Assembly (NCBI GenBank): GCA_965209155.1
Contig: OZ242383.1
Coordinates: 480,001-544,000 of the forward strand
Source: a bacterium
Lineage (GTDB): Bacteria > SAR324 > NAC60-12
Length of the DNA stretch: 64,000 nucleotides
Direction: 5' to 3'
Below the pieces are notes generated by a model. That model had not been told where the DNA came from, made no database searches, and saw only the letters and a program-made list of their open reading frames with translations. Of the stretch, positions 16,775 to 27,924 are shown piece by piece. Made by a program: the position numbers and the translations under genes. Position 1 is the first letter of the stretch; each line of letters opens with the position of its first letter.

Positions 16775-16879
16775 ACCCACCCCGTCCGCTTCGCGTCCAC
16801 CCCTCCCAAGAGGGGATTTTCTCAGATGCAATCCAAGTGGGGAATAGAGAATTCCCCTCCGAAGGAGGGGGGCGTGGGT
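16775..16879. repeat. REP-like palindromic element between dppB and dppC
   Basis: ACCCACCCC...CCCCTCCCAAGAGGGGATTT ... AATTCCCCTCCGAAGGAGGGG...GTGGGT; absent from operon 2. Confidence 0.7.
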
Positions 16880-16941
16880 AAAAACTCTGTCCGTCCATTT
16901 AAACCTGTGAAACCACTAGATAAAGGGAAGACACCTATAAC

Positions 16942-17907
16942 ATGAAGGACGCCCAAGAAACACCATCAGCAGTCAGTGATCCCAAGCGACGGGGCCGTCT
17001 GGCGGATTTCCTGATCAGGCTGCGGCGGGAGAAGCCACTGGGGACTGCCTGCGGGATGATCGTATTGATATTGATTTTTGTCGCTATCTTTGCCGATGTG
17101 GTGGCTCCTTATCCCTATGATGAAATAAACTTGATAGCCATGCTTGAAGCTCCATCAGCCCAGCATCTGCTGGGTACCGACGGGTTGGGGCGAGACTTCT
17201 TGAGCCGCCTGATCCATGGGGCTCGTATTTCGTTAGTGGTTGGTCTGGCCGCGACCACGCTCAATGTGGTGGTGGCTGCCCTGATCGGCGGCATTTCCGG
17301 ATTCCTTGGGGGGAAAGTGGACCTGGTGGTACAGCGATTTGTCGACGCCTGGATGGCGTTCCCGGGGCTGCTGCTCTTGCTGACCGTCATGTCCATCGTG
17401 GGACAGGGTCTCCTCCAGATCATCGTGGTCCTGGGGATCACCGGAGGCATCGGCGGTTCCAGAGTCATCCGGGGCGCCGTGATTGGTGTCAAAGAGAATG
17501 ACTATTTTCTGGCAGCCAGGGCCGTGGGCACCCCCACGATCCAAATCCTGATCCGCCATGTCCTGCCCAATATTATGGCTCCCGTTATCATCATCTTCTC
17601 AATCAACATCGGGGGGGTGATTATCAGTGAGGCTTCGCTGAGCTTCCTCGGATTCGGGCTGCCCATCGAGGTTCCCAGCTGGGGCGCGATGCTCAGCCGG
17701 GAAGGGCGTGAGTTCATGGAGCAGGCGCCCTGGCTGGCGCTCTGGCCTGGTTTTGCCCTGACTATTACCGTTTACAGTCTCAACATGTTCGGCGATGCCA
17801 TGCGGGATCTGCTCGATCCCCGGCTGCGGGGCGGTGAGGGAAGTTATGGCGCCGCAGGGAAACACAAACGAGGATTCCTCTCCAGACTGCTCAACCCGTT
17901 CAATTAG
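16942..17907 (+). CDS. Peptide/nickel ABC permease (DppC-like)
   Basis: Paralogue of 10258-11229. Confidence 0.95.
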   Translation: MKDAQETPSAVSDPKRRGRLADFLIRLRREKPLGTACGMIVLILIFVAIFADVVAPYPYDEINLIAMLEAPSAQHLLGTDGLGRDFLSRLIHGARISLVVGLAATTLNVVVAALIGGISGFLGGKVDLVVQRFVDAWMAFPGLLLLLTVMSIVGQGLLQIIVVLGITGGIGGSRVIRGAVIGVKENDYFLAARAVGTPTIQILIRHVLPNIMAPVIIIFSINIGGVIISEASLSFLGFGLPIEVPSWGAMLSREGREFMEQAPWLALWPGFALTITVYSLNMFGDAMRDLLDPRLRGGEGSYGAAGKHKRGFLSRLLNPFN

Positions 17908-18031
17908 TAAACTCAAAAAAATTGTGAAAACCCTCGCTTGCTGGCGAGAAGCCATGGCAATCACCACATTCAAGAGGAAATTCTTTGTAGATTGGGTTAA
18001 AAATTATTATAAATTCATTTTTGAAGAAGCC

Positions 18032-18694
18032 TCATTCAGGAGATTTTTGCCTTTGTTCTCGTCTGCGATAATGTTGAAAGAGTTGATTTGCTTCCTGAAT
18101 GAGTTTTTCCTGGACTTGTTCGAATGAGATTTCAGCATGGATCATTTGGGGCTTCGCGGTATCACAATCTTCAAAATAGGTGAGTCCCTTGAGGTAGAGA
18201 ATTGGGTTAAATTGAGAGTACTTGTTTTCTGCGGTCTCAAAAATCTCTTGTAATGAAACTTTTTCGAGCAAGCAATACAAATCAAAATAATCTTTTTGGG
18301 TCGCCCTTTGATTGGCAGCAATGACCTTCATCGGGGCAATGTCTCGGAAATCAGCAAGAAAGAAAAATTCTGTTTCAATGAGTTTGTATTGGAGAGGATA
18401 GCGGTAACGAATAAAACTCAGTTTGATTTGATTTTCCGTCAGTACATCCAGCGTGTTTGCGGATTCTTGAACAATCGTGAGAGAACTGTCGGTAAAGATA
18501 CCATCCGTGAGTTGTTCATACAATTGTTGCGTATCAAATGCTCCTTGACAAAAAAAATCAAAATCATCAGAAAGACGATGGCCTAGTTGGAGAGCAAGCC
18601 CTGTCCCTCCTGCAAGATAGAATGGAGAGGGGAGTTTTTGAAAACAGGGCAAGAGTTTTTGACGTTTTGAGTCGAGAATGGTCGTAATGTACAT
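18032..18694 (-). CDS. AbiEii/AbiGii-family nucleotidyltransferase toxin
   Basis: FYLAGGTGLALQLGHRLSDDFDFF ... DIAPMK...RATQKDYFDLY. Confidence 0.9.
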   Translation of the reverse strand: MYITTILDSKRQKLLPCFQKLPSPFYLAGGTGLALQLGHRLSDDFDFFCQGAFDTQQLYEQLTDGIFTDSSLTIVQESANTLDVLTENQIKLSFIRYRYPLQYKLIETEFFFLADFRDIAPMKVIAANQRATQKDYFDLYCLLEKVSLQEIFETAENKYSQFNPILYLKGLTYFEDCDTAKPQMIHAEISFEQVQEKLIQEANQLFQHYRRREQRQKSPE

Positions 18695-18700
18695 CTAAAT

Positions 18701-18985
18701 TTACAGAGTCTTTTTAAGTGCTTTTTGTTGATCGGGGGTGACTTTGAAGTAATTAGACCAAAAATTAAGAGACTTTTTATCCCAATCTCCTTTGAGCGGA
18801 TCCGTGAGAATTTCATGAATTTGTTTTTTGGGAAAATTGTCAAAAAGCCAATTGACTTGCCTGACATTGCCGTAAATGAGGATATTTGTGGCAATACGTT
18901 TAAAATCTTTTTGGGCATCAAGGGCATCGAGGTCATACGACCACAGACATCCTTTCAGGAAGGAGGGGAGTGGGATTGAATCCAT
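18701..18985 (-). CDS. DUF6922-like putative antitoxin
   Basis: LWSYDLDALD...IATNILIYGN..QVNWL...KSLNFW; directly upstream of AbiEii. Confidence 0.75.
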   Translation of the reverse strand: MDSIPLPSFLKGCLWSYDLDALDAQKDFKRIATNILIYGNVRQVNWLFDNFPKKQIHEILTDPLKGDWDKKSLNFWSNYFKVTPDQQKALKKTL

Positions 18986-19409
18986 TTTGAACTTTCTCCA
19001 TTGATGGGGTTCCGAAAAGTATTTTCATTATAGCACAATTTCCGGAGAAAAATGATTGAATTTTTCATGAAAGCCAAGCTCATAAATCCCTGTATCACCC
19101 ATCCTAAGGTGCCATTTCCTTCGCTCGCCTCGTGGACGATCATCCAGTTTCTGTGGATGTTTAACGATCTCCTGTCCTGGAGATGAACCGACTGTCTGGC
19201 GCAAAATTTGGTGAGAAGCGCATTAGGGGTATTCAGAATTTCGGGCAAATCCTCCCATTTTCGGCTTTTTAAAAAAGTAAAGCCAGTCATCCTCGGCTCC
19301 TGTGGACTACTGTTTGATTTTGCATTGGAATGCAGGTAAAGTGTGGGATCAAAGTTCGAGGTACGTCGGAACAAGCCCTGCCAGACACGGAAAAAACAAA
19401 CGATCAACA

Positions 19410-20408
19410 ATGCAAATCGAACACTCCGCCCTTTCCCCCGAGACCACTCCGGATACGACCATCGACGTTCGTGAGGCGTTCGGTATCGATATCGATTTGC
19501 AAGTGCCGGCTTTCTCGCAGCGCACCGAGCAAGTGCCGGAATTCGACAAGGTGTATCGTTTCAACAGGGAAACGACCCTGGCGATTCTTGCCGGATTTGC
19601 CTTCAACCGCCGCGTGATGATTCAAGGCTACCACGGTACGGGAAAATCGACTCACATCGAGCAGGTCGCCTCCCGTTTGAATTGGCCTTGCATCCGCGTC
19701 AACCTGGACAGTCATATCAGCCGCATCGACTTGATCGGTAAAGACGCCATTGTGATCAAAGAAGGAAAACAGGTCACCGAATTCCGCGAAGGGATTTTAC
19801 CCTGGTGTTTGCAACATCCGGTGGTCCTGGTTTTCGATGAATATGATGCGGGACGACCAGACGTTATGTTCGTCATTCAACGTGTCCTGGAAGTGGAAGG
19901 CAAATTGACCCTTCTGGATCAAAACCGGGTGATCCATCCACACTCTCATTTCCGGTTGTTCTCCACCACCAATACAGTGGGTTTGGGAGACACTTCCGGG
20001 CTTTATCATGGCACCCAGCAAATCAATCAAGGTCAGATGGATCGTTGGAACATCGTCACCACCTTGAACTACCTGCCACCCGAAGAAGAAATGGCCGTGG
20101 CTTTGGTCAAAGCGCCCGAGTGGCAGAACGAAGCAGGGCGAAGAACCGTCGCCAGTATGGTTTCCGTCGCCAACCTGACCCGTCGGGGATTCATGAACGG
20201 CGATATTTCCACCGTCATGTCCCCACGGACTGTGATCAATTGGGCGGAAAACGCATCGATCTTCAAGGATATTGGTTTTGCCTTCCGGGTCACCTACTTG
20301 AATAAATGCGATGAAATGGAACGTACCACCATTGCCGAGTATTACCAGCGCTGTCTGGGAGAAGAGTTGAACGAATCCGTCGTCAATCTTGCCCAAATCG
20401 ACTGCTAG
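19410..20408 (+). CDS. cobS: Cobaltochelatase subunit CobS (MoxR-type AAA+ ATPase)
   Basis: [60 protein letters not shown]. Confidence 0.95.
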   Translation: MQIEHSALSPETTPDTTIDVREAFGIDIDLQVPAFSQRTEQVPEFDKVYRFNRETTLAILAGFAFNRRVMIQGYHGTGKSTHIEQVASRLNWPCIRVNLDSHISRIDLIGKDAIVIKEGKQVTEFREGILPWCLQHPVVLVFDEYDAGRPDVMFVIQRVLEVEGKLTLLDQNRVIHPHSHFRLFSTTNTVGLGDTSGLYHGTQQINQGQMDRWNIVTTLNYLPPEEEMAVALVKAPEWQNEAGRRTVASMVSVANLTRRGFMNGDISTVMSPRTVINWAENASIFKDIGFAFRVTYLNKCDEMERTTIAEYYQRCLGEELNESVVNLAQIDC

Positions 20409-20446
20409 CATGCCTGTACCCACCATCCCCTGAAAAAGAGGAATAT

Positions 20447-22285
20447 TTGAAAAAGCCCAGTGATTCCATGGAGACCTTCAAACAGGCGCTCAGTGAAACG
20501 ATGCGTGCCATAGCGGAGCGGAAAGACCTGCAGGTAACTTTCAGTAACAGCAACCCCTTGCTGAAAAAAAAGTCCTCACTGATTCCCCTGCCCACCCCCG
20601 CGTTCACTGCCGCTGAAATCGCCAAGAGCCGGGGTGCGGCGGATGAGTATGCGCTCCGACTGCGCCATCATGATGAAGGGATTCATCAAAACCTCAAACC
20701 GGAATCAGGTACGGCTTTATCCATCTTTGAAGCAAGCGAAGATGCGCGTCTGGCAGTAATTGGTTCGACTCATATGAGAGGGGTAAGCCATAACCTGTCC
20801 TGCGTCCTGGAAGAGCGGCTTCGCCAACAGCAAAACAGCCGGAACAACAACGCGGCGGATGAACTGGGTGAAGCGTTGGGCTTACTCTTGCGGGAAAAAT
20901 TGATCACTTCGCCCGGGAACCCTCGCCCCCTCCTGCCGCTCGCTAAAAGCCTGCTCGATCAAAAAAGAGATTGGCTTGAAGAAAAACTGGCCGGGGAACT
21001 CGATTCGCTTCCCGACTTGATCCACAATCAGCAAGCATTCGCTTTGAAGTTCCGACAAATCATCGAGTTGTTGGGATTCCAAGACGAACTGGGCCCCCCT
21101 CCCGAAGAAGATCCGAATCAAAGTGAGGAGGACGCAAAAAAAGAAGAACCCGATCAATCCGAAAATGAGGAGGAATCCGAATCCGACTCCCTTGAAGATG
21201 ATGAGGAAGAAGGTGGAGGCGAGGATGATTTGGATTCAAACAGGGAGTTGCCGGATTCGGACGATCCGACGGAATCGGTACCCATGGCTCGCCCCCGGGC
21301 AGAATTTGGTGAAAACACGAAGGGTTTTTACCAGGCATATACCACGGAATTCGATGAAACGGTTCGGGCAGAAGACCTGTCTGATCCCGAATCCCTCACT
21401 CGCCTTCGCAAACACCTGAATTTTCAACTGGAACCGATAAAAAAAATCACGACTCGTCTGGCAGTCTGGCTGCAGCGTCGATTGATGGCCATCCAGCAGC
21501 GTAGTTGGGAATTTGGCGTGGATGAAGGGATCCTCAATACGGCCCAATTGGCGGGGATCATCGTCAACCCTTTTCATTCCTTATCCTTCAAGCGCGAAAA
21601 AGAAGCCGAATTTCGAGACACGGTCGTTTCCTTGTTGATCGATTGTTCCGGTTCAATGAGAGGCAGACCGATAACCATTGCCGCCATGTGCGCGGATATC
21701 CTTGCGCAAACCCTGGAGCGTTGTTCGGTACGGGTCGAACTGTTGGGATTCACGACCACCGCATGGAAAGGTGGTAAATCCAGGGAGCGTTGGTTGGCCC
21801 GGGGTAAACCGGATAACCCCGGACGTTTGAATGATTTACGGCACATCATCTACAAGGATGCGGACGTTCCCTACCGCCGAGCCCGGAAAAACCTGGGGTT
21901 GATGATGAGGGAAGATCTGCTGAAAGAAAATATCGATGGAGAGGCCCTCTTGTGGGCCCATAACCGTATCGTGGGACGGGATGAACAGCGTAAAATCCTT
22001 ATGGTAATCTCCGATGGTTTACCTGTGGACAACAGCACTTTGCTGGCCAATAAAAAAAACTTTCTGGAACGCCATCTCCATGCGGTGATAGAAGCAGTTG
22101 AAAATTGTTCTCCAGTCGAATTGGTGGCCATCGGCATTGGACACGACGTCACGCATTATTACAAAAGAGCCGTTCGTATTGCGGAAGTGGGGGATTTGGG
22201 ACAAACGATGGTGGAGCAATTGAGCGATCTTTTCGACATCAGAAAAAACTATAATCGTATTCGAGGCAAAATGTACCATGCATGA
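20447..22285 (+). CDS. cobT: Cobaltochelatase subunit CobT (vWA domain)
   Basis: Acidic linker; [41 protein letters not shown]. Confidence 0.95.
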   Translation: MKKPSDSMETFKQALSETMRAIAERKDLQVTFSNSNPLLKKKSSLIPLPTPAFTAAEIAKSRGAADEYALRLRHHDEGIHQNLKPESGTALSIFEASEDARLAVIGSTHMRGVSHNLSCVLEERLRQQQNSRNNNAADELGEALGLLLREKLITSPGNPRPLLPLAKSLLDQKRDWLEEKLAGELDSLPDLIHNQQAFALKFRQIIELLGFQDELGPPPEEDPNQSEEDAKKEEPDQSENEEESESDSLEDDEEEGGGEDDLDSNRELPDSDDPTESVPMARPRAEFGENTKGFYQAYTTEFDETVRAEDLSDPESLTRLRKHLNFQLEPIKKITTRLAVWLQRRLMAIQQRSWEFGVDEGILNTAQLAGIIVNPFHSLSFKREKEAEFRDTVVSLLIDCSGSMRGRPITIAAMCADILAQTLERCSVRVELLGFTTTAWKGGKSRERWLARGKPDNPGRLNDLRHIIYKDADVPYRRARKNLGLMMREDLLKENIDGEALLWAHNRIVGRDEQRKILMVISDGLPVDNSTLLANKKNFLERHLHAVIEAVENCSPVELVAIGIGHDVTHYYKRAVRIAEVGDLGQTMVEQLSDLFDIRKNYNRIRGKMYHA

Positions 22286-22317
22286 GCCATGTCGGAGAAT
22301 CACATAACGATTGCTGT

Positions 22318-23574
22318 TCAAGACCCTGTGATTTCGATTTGCAGACATTCGAATGCCTTCCGCAAGGCATGTTCAACGGAATCGGGATTGCCTCCACGGG
22401 CGAATATAAACCCCAGGTATCGACTCCCATAGGGCAAGGGTTCTACCACCTGTCCGGTTGGAATGGAAATCAGCACGTCCTCGACTCCGGGAATATCGCA
22501 TGCCTCTTCCATACCCCTCACCTCTTGCAGCAATCCATGTTCAGGCACAGGCAGCATCATCACTCCCGCGGCTTCCTGTTGGCGTTGGACGGCCTGTACG
22601 TCGCGTCCAAGGGCATGGAGAAGAATCAGTTCTTCCAGCCTGAGATTCCTGCTGAATTCCAAGACCCGGGAACACAACCCGCCGATAGAACGGGCCGCAA
22701 TTTCAATCGGCCAGACTCGCTCACCGTCAAATCGTAATTCTGCGTGAACCGGTCCTTCCCGAAGTCCTAAGGCGCGAGTCGCATGTTGCGTGACGCAGGC
22801 GATCTTGTCTTGAAAATTCTGTGACAATCGAGAAGGCGTGATATAGAGCGTTTCCTCGAAATAGGGTCCCTCCAGAGGATCCGGCTTGTCGAATAGCGCA
22901 AGAGTTTTCAACTCTCCATCAAACAACAATCCCTCCAAGGCCACTTCCCTGCCGGAGATGTAATCCTCCACCAGGATTTCACGCCTGGATTCGTTGTTGG
23001 AAAGTACTCCTGATTCTCTCTCGATTTCCGGATTGGAGAGCAAAGTAACGATCTGACGAAAAGCAAGTATGAATTCCTCGTAGTTGTTGGCCCGGATCAC
23101 CCCCCGGCTCGCGGAGAGGAACGTGGGTTTCAGGACGCAAGGATATGCTACGCGAGCGCCGTATTCCTGCGGATTCTCTTCGATGCTGAGCAAATCAAAA
23201 TGAGGAGAATGAATATTGCCCCCCCGGAGCGCCTTTCGCATCAGATATTTATTACGAGTCGCTTTGACCGACTCGACTGAATTGTGTGGAAGGGCAAGGG
23301 CGTGGTTGGCCATTGCGGCCAAAATAAGGCTTTTATCATCGACACCAATCACAGCGTGGAACGGCGATTCCCCGGCCATTTGAACAATTTGAGCGACGGC
23401 ATTTCCGGGATCCCGGAAATCCAGGGCCAAAGAAGTTCCGGGAGTCAATGGTGCCAGTGCTTGACTTTCATCGCAACCGATCACGACATCCAGGTTGAGC
23501 CGGGTTGCCGCATCCAGAAAAGCGCTCGTACGATAGGTAGTGCTGGGAATGAGAAGTAAAACGCGTGGCATCAA
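22318..23574 (-). CDS. ATP-grasp domain protein
   Basis: RNKYLMR, YPCVLKP..LSASRGVIRA, LVEDYISG.E, HAELR, IEIAARSIGG. Confidence 0.88.
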   Translation of the reverse strand: MMPRVLLLIPSTTYRTSAFLDAATRLNLDVVIGCDESQALAPLTPGTSLALDFRDPGNAVAQIVQMAGESPFHAVIGVDDKSLILAAMANHALALPHNSVESVKATRNKYLMRKALRGGNIHSPHFDLLSIEENPQEYGARVAYPCVLKPTFLSASRGVIRANNYEEFILAFRQIVTLLSNPEIERESGVLSNNESRREILVEDYISGREVALEGLLFDGELKTLALFDKPDPLEGPYFEETLYITPSRLSQNFQDKIACVTQHATRALGLREGPVHAELRFDGERVWPIEIAARSIGGLCSRVLEFSRNLRLEELILLHALGRDVQAVQRQQEAAGVMMLPVPEHGLLQEVRGMEEACDIPGVEDVLISIPTGQVVEPLPYGSRYLGFIFARGGNPDSVEHALRKAFECLQIEITGS

Positions 23575-23764
23575 CCATCAGGTTTCGTTTCCTGGTAAAT
23601 TAACATGTCCCAAACAAAATGCGGACAATACGCATTGAAGATAATATCACAGAGCTTATCAGCATTTGCGAAAAGAGGCAAAAAGTATGTGATGCTGATT
23701 TTTCAAAGCGATTTTTCGGACTTTGTGTTAGAAATACAAGCAGCTATTTTTAAACGAATTGGAA

Positions 23765-24175
23765 ATGAAGATGCGTAAAAAAATATTTAAAAGCGAAGCG
23801 GAATGGCGGCAACAACTCTCTCCCGAAGCCTTTAAAGTGTGTCGCAAAAAAGGCACGGAACGGGCTTTTAGTGGAAAATACCACAATAGCAAGGAAGTGG
23901 GAATTTACCGCTGCATCTGCTGTGGCAACGAATTATTCTCCTCGGAAACTAAATTCGATTCGGGTACGGGATGGCCGAGTTTCTGGATGCCTCTCGATGA
24001 AGAGAGGGTTACTTTCAAAGACGATTTCAGTTTTTTCATGAAACGAGTGGAAGTGCTCTGCGCCAATTGTGACGCCCACTTGGGACACGTTTTCGACGAT
24101 GGACCAGCCCCGACCAATAAACGTTACTGCCTGAATTCCGTTGCGCTCGATCGGGTTGATTTCAAAAAAGGATGA
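23765..24175 (+). CDS. msrB: Methionine-R-sulfoxide reductase
   Basis: GTERAFSG, KFDSGTGWPSF, HLGHVFDDGP, RYCLNS; two CxxC motifs. Confidence 0.96.
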   Translation: MKMRKKIFKSEAEWRQQLSPEAFKVCRKKGTERAFSGKYHNSKEVGIYRCICCGNELFSSETKFDSGTGWPSFWMPLDEERVTFKDDFSFFMKRVEVLCANCDAHLGHVFDDGPAPTNKRYCLNSVALDRVDFKKG

Positions 24176-24178
24176 ATC

Positions 24179-24799
24179 ATGCCGTCTCTCGAGGAATATC
24201 AGCATATCGAGATCGCAATCGAGCTCGATAAGGGGCTCCGTATTGATGCCGTGGCGGAACAATTCGGCGTGTCGTCCCATTACATCCGTAAAGTGGCTGT
24301 TGCCGCCGGGTTGATTCCACCTGAAAAAAAGAAGACGACACGCAGAAAACGGCTTGCGGACGAAGACCGGCAACGCCTCCTGGTACGAATCAGGGAAGGA
24401 GAGGAAATTGAACCCATTGCGCTCGAATTCAATATCTCGGTTGCTACCATCCGGCAATGGTGTAAAAAAGCGGGTGTACGAGTCCCCCGTCCTTTGAAAG
24501 CTCTCTCCAAAAAAGAGTGGGGTGAAATCAAAGAACTGCTTGCTGACAACGAACCACTCAATGAAATTGCCAGGGCTTTCAATTTGTCTTTCAATGCGGT
24601 TGAACAACTTCTGGAGGACGATTACAAAGAACTGGATATGGAGGTTCTGGGGTTTTTATACGAAACCTTGCTCGACAATCCCAATGCAACGCCTCCTGTC
24701 ATCGAGCGACTGGCGCTCAAGGCGGGGATCGAGCTCGATGGAAGTATGATCTTTTCTTATCAAAACCGTCTCAGGCGCCTGGAAAGGATCGATTGCTGA
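24179..24799 (+). CDS. Hypothetical protein with repeated HTH-like segments
   Basis: VAEQFGVS, IALEFNISVATIRQW and IARAFNLS segments. Confidence 0.65.
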   Translation: MPSLEEYQHIEIAIELDKGLRIDAVAEQFGVSSHYIRKVAVAAGLIPPEKKKTTRRKRLADEDRQRLLVRIREGEEIEPIALEFNISVATIRQWCKKAGVRVPRPLKALSKKEWGEIKELLADNEPLNEIARAFNLSFNAVEQLLEDDYKELDMEVLGFLYETLLDNPNATPPVIERLALKAGIELDGSMIFSYQNRLRRLERIDC

Positions 24800-24938
24800 A
24801 AATGTGGACAAATACGTCCTGTCCATAGCCTCGGTGCACAATTTATGCATATCTATCGGATTATCTCCAAAAGACGCTCTAATCCGTGTGGAAGGATCAC
24901 GTATTGGAAGAATACGGTTCAACCAGAGTGGATATGTC

Positions 24939-26291
24939 ATGAAAACAGAACATTACCCAGACTCTCCTGCAACCCGTAAGAATTACGATAAAGAGAAGTT
25001 GAATGAACATCTCCTCGAAGAAAGCTTTGATGCATTCAAACAAACTGCCCTCGAGCTGCAGGCTTACTATCATGAAATCAAGGAGAAGGTGGATGAGTTG
25101 AATGGAGAATTGCTGCGGAAAAACGAAGAATTTCAATTGAATCTGTTGGAAAAAGAACAGAGGCAAAATTTCATCGCCAATATTCTTGCAAGCTCCGCGG
25201 TAGGATGTCTCGTCACTGACTCCCACGGGGTTGTGAATTTTGTCAATCAGAGGGGTTTGCAACTCATTGGAAAACCATTGGAAAAATTACATGGTGTGGG
25301 ATTGAATGAAGTTTTTCAACATCCGGTCCTCCCTCAAAAGCTTGTTCGGGAAGATTTGAGGGTTTTTGACCATGCCAAGGAGCAGGAATTGGAATTTCGG
25401 CACCCAAATGGTTCCAAGAGACGACTGTTGCTTACCATTTCTTCCATGCGTAGCGAAGCGGATGAAATATTGGGGATCATCATCAATGCGCAAGATATTT
25501 CGGACATAAAAAAATTGGAAGCGGAAGCAGAGCGAAAAAACCGTTTGACCGGAATGGGAGAAATGGGGGCCACCATCGCCCATAAAATCCGCAATCCTTT
25601 GGGCAGCATCGAGCTTTTTTCCGCCTTGCTGAAAAAAGATCTGGACCCGGAAGCTCCTCAACAGCAGTTGATCGAGCACATTGCCTCGGCGACGCAAAGC
25701 ATGAATCACATTATTTCCAATATCCTGGAATATACCAAACCGTGTCGGCTTGCAAAAGAGAAACCCATAGAAGTCCATGAATTGCTCAGGGAAACGCTGG
25801 AAGCATCGAGGCATGAGATTTCCGAGCGTCAGGTCCACATGATCACGGATTTGGAAGCCACCGCCACCGAGATCAAAGGCGACCGCGAGTTATTGAAACA
25901 AGTGTTCCATAATTTGATCTCCAATGCCTTTCATGCGATTCTTGACAACCCAACCCATGAACCCGGTAAAATCTTTATCAGTACAAGAAATTTCCTCACC
26001 CGTAATGAAACCATTCTGAAGCGCTTCCATTCAGCACGGGAGAGAAACCGTGGCATTCAATACGATTGTTTATGCTTGATCGAAATCTGTATTCAGGATA
26101 CTGGAATGGGAATGCCTCCCGAGGTCGGGCAGAAAATTTTCAGTCCTTTTTTTACAACCAAGGAAAATGGCATTGGTTTGGGACTGGCCACGGTGCATAA
26201 TATCGTGGACTCTCATGGTGCTGTACTGGATGTGGAAAGTGAAGTGGATCAGGGGACGCGGATGACGCTTCTTTTTCCGGTATTGGAATAA
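24939..26291 (+). CDS. PAS-domain sensor histidine kinase (FleS/FlgS-like)
   Basis: H-box GEMGATIAHKIRNPLGSIELF, N-box QVFHNLISNA, DTGMGM, FSPFFTTK, GIGLGLA. Confidence 0.9.
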   Translation: MKTEHYPDSPATRKNYDKEKLNEHLLEESFDAFKQTALELQAYYHEIKEKVDELNGELLRKNEEFQLNLLEKEQRQNFIANILASSAVGCLVTDSHGVVNFVNQRGLQLIGKPLEKLHGVGLNEVFQHPVLPQKLVREDLRVFDHAKEQELEFRHPNGSKRRLLLTISSMRSEADEILGIIINAQDISDIKKLEAEAERKNRLTGMGEMGATIAHKIRNPLGSIELFSALLKKDLDPEAPQQQLIEHIASATQSMNHIISNILEYTKPCRLAKEKPIEVHELLRETLEASRHEISERQVHMITDLEATATEIKGDRELLKQVFHNLISNAFHAILDNPTHEPGKIFISTRNFLTRNETILKRFHSARERNRGIQYDCLCLIEICIQDTGMGMPPEVGQKIFSPFFTTKENGIGLGLATVHNIVDSHGAVLDVESEVDQGTRMTLLFPVLE

Positions 26292-26394
26292 AAATCAAAT
26301 CCTGTATCATTGAAATTCGAACCGGATCGTCGGTTTGCAGGTCGCAGGGAACATAGGACGTTCAAAAATAAAATGTACTCAATAAGGATATGGC

Positions 26395-27810
26395 ATGCAA
26401 CCTATATTGATTGTCGATGATGAAGTGGAAATGCGAATCGCAATGTCGGAGACGCTGAAGCACAGCGGCTACTCCGTAGAGCTTTCTCACAATGCCCTGG
26501 ATGCGATCAAGAAATTCAAAAACAATGGTCATTCCCTGGTCATCACGGATATGACCATGCCCAAGCGCAGTGGCTTGGATTTGTTGAAAGACATCAAAGC
26601 CATCGACCCCCTCAAACCCGTCATCATGGTGACCGCCTATGGCACGATAGAAACGGCAGTGGAAGCCATGAAACACGGCGCATTCGACTATATTGTCAAA
26701 CCCTTCAACTTCGAAACCTTCACTTTCGTGGTGGAGCGAGCCCTCGAATACCAACCCTCTCCCGGCACCCTGGATTCACAAAAATTGACGGATGGCGAGA
26801 CGAAGTGGGAAATCGTCACGCAGAACGAAAATATGATGAAGTTGCTGAAAGTTTCAAAAAACGTGGCTCGCAGCAAAGCGACCGTCATGATTCAAAGTGA
26901 AAGTGGCACAGGAAAAGAGTTATTGGCTCGTTACATCCATCATCATTCCGAACGAGTGAACCATTCCTTTGTCCCGATTAACTGCGCGGCCCTGCCGGAC
27001 ACTTTGTTGGAAAGCGAGTTATTCGGCTATAAAAAAGGGGCATTCACAGGCGCTCATCAAGATCATCGGGGCAAATTTGAACAAGCCAATGGGGGCACCA
27101 TCCTGCTTGATGAAATCAGTGAAATGGCTTTGCCGCTGCAGGCCAAATTGCTTCGAGTACTTCAAGAGCAAGAAGTGGATAAAGTGGGAGGTAAAGAACC
27201 CATTCCCATCGATGTCCGTATAGTTGCGACCACCAATCGCAATATCCTGAAGTTGGTGGAGGAAGAAAAATTCCGGGAAGATCTTTATTTTCGCTTGAAT
27301 GTCATTCCTTTGAGTCTGCCTCCTTTGCGGGACCGAAAAGACGACATCCCCTTCCTGGCTGATCATTTTCTGGCGAAGCATGCCCGCTTGAATAATCGTA
27401 CACGGCCCCAAATCACCCGGGAAACGTTGAACGTCTTGATGAATTACAACTGGAGGGGCAATATCCGTGAGTTGGAAAATATCATAGAACGGGCGTTGCT
27501 GCTCGCAGATGGGGAAAGCGTGGAGCCTTCCGACCTCTTGATACATTCAGGTGAGCACTTACCAATTTTCAATGGAGAACCAATCTGTTCAGTGACCGTA
27601 TCGGAAGATGAATCCGATTCGGAATCGATGAAAATCAAAGTGGGCATGTCCATGAGGGAAGCGGAAAAGAAACTTATTTTCGAAACCCTGAAAACTACGA
27701 GTGGAAATCGTACGCACGCCGCGAAAATCCTCGGTATCAGCAACCGCACGCTGAGGAACAAATTGAATGAATACCGCAATGAAGGGGAGGCTTTCGAATT
27801 CCAAACCTGA
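26395..27810 (+). CDS. Sigma54-dependent response regulator (FleR/FlgR-like)
   Basis: Receiver domain, ESGTGKE, GAFTGA, Fis-type HTH RTLRNKLNEY. Confidence 0.93.
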   Translation: MQPILIVDDEVEMRIAMSETLKHSGYSVELSHNALDAIKKFKNNGHSLVITDMTMPKRSGLDLLKDIKAIDPLKPVIMVTAYGTIETAVEAMKHGAFDYIVKPFNFETFTFVVERALEYQPSPGTLDSQKLTDGETKWEIVTQNENMMKLLKVSKNVARSKATVMIQSESGTGKELLARYIHHHSERVNHSFVPINCAALPDTLLESELFGYKKGAFTGAHQDHRGKFEQANGGTILLDEISEMALPLQAKLLRVLQEQEVDKVGGKEPIPIDVRIVATTNRNILKLVEEEKFREDLYFRLNVIPLSLPPLRDRKDDIPFLADHFLAKHARLNNRTRPQITRETLNVLMNYNWRGNIRELENIIERALLLADGESVEPSDLLIHSGEHLPIFNGEPICSVTVSEDESDSESMKIKVGMSMREAEKKLIFETLKTTSGNRTHAAKILGISNRTLRNKLNEYRNEGEAFEFQT

Positions 27811-27924
27811 ATCTGAGCAGGGCTCTTCTGGTGAATGGATCACTTCTTCCACGGTACCGGATCGTCGTGAGACGGCCATGGAAAAATTTGTTGGTTTTTC
27901 CAACGGGGACGTTTAATATGAGGA

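Noticed and set aside
1..17907. Diversity-generating retroelement acting on the SBPs
   Set aside because: No reverse transcriptase, and no template/variable repeat pair with adenine-specific differences
17968..18031. attC after the AbiEii pair
   Set aside because: No RYYYAAC...GTTRRRY with a paired stem
19000..19409. Cobalamin riboswitch upstream of cobS
   Set aside because: No B12-box or other conserved cobalamin riboswitch elements seen
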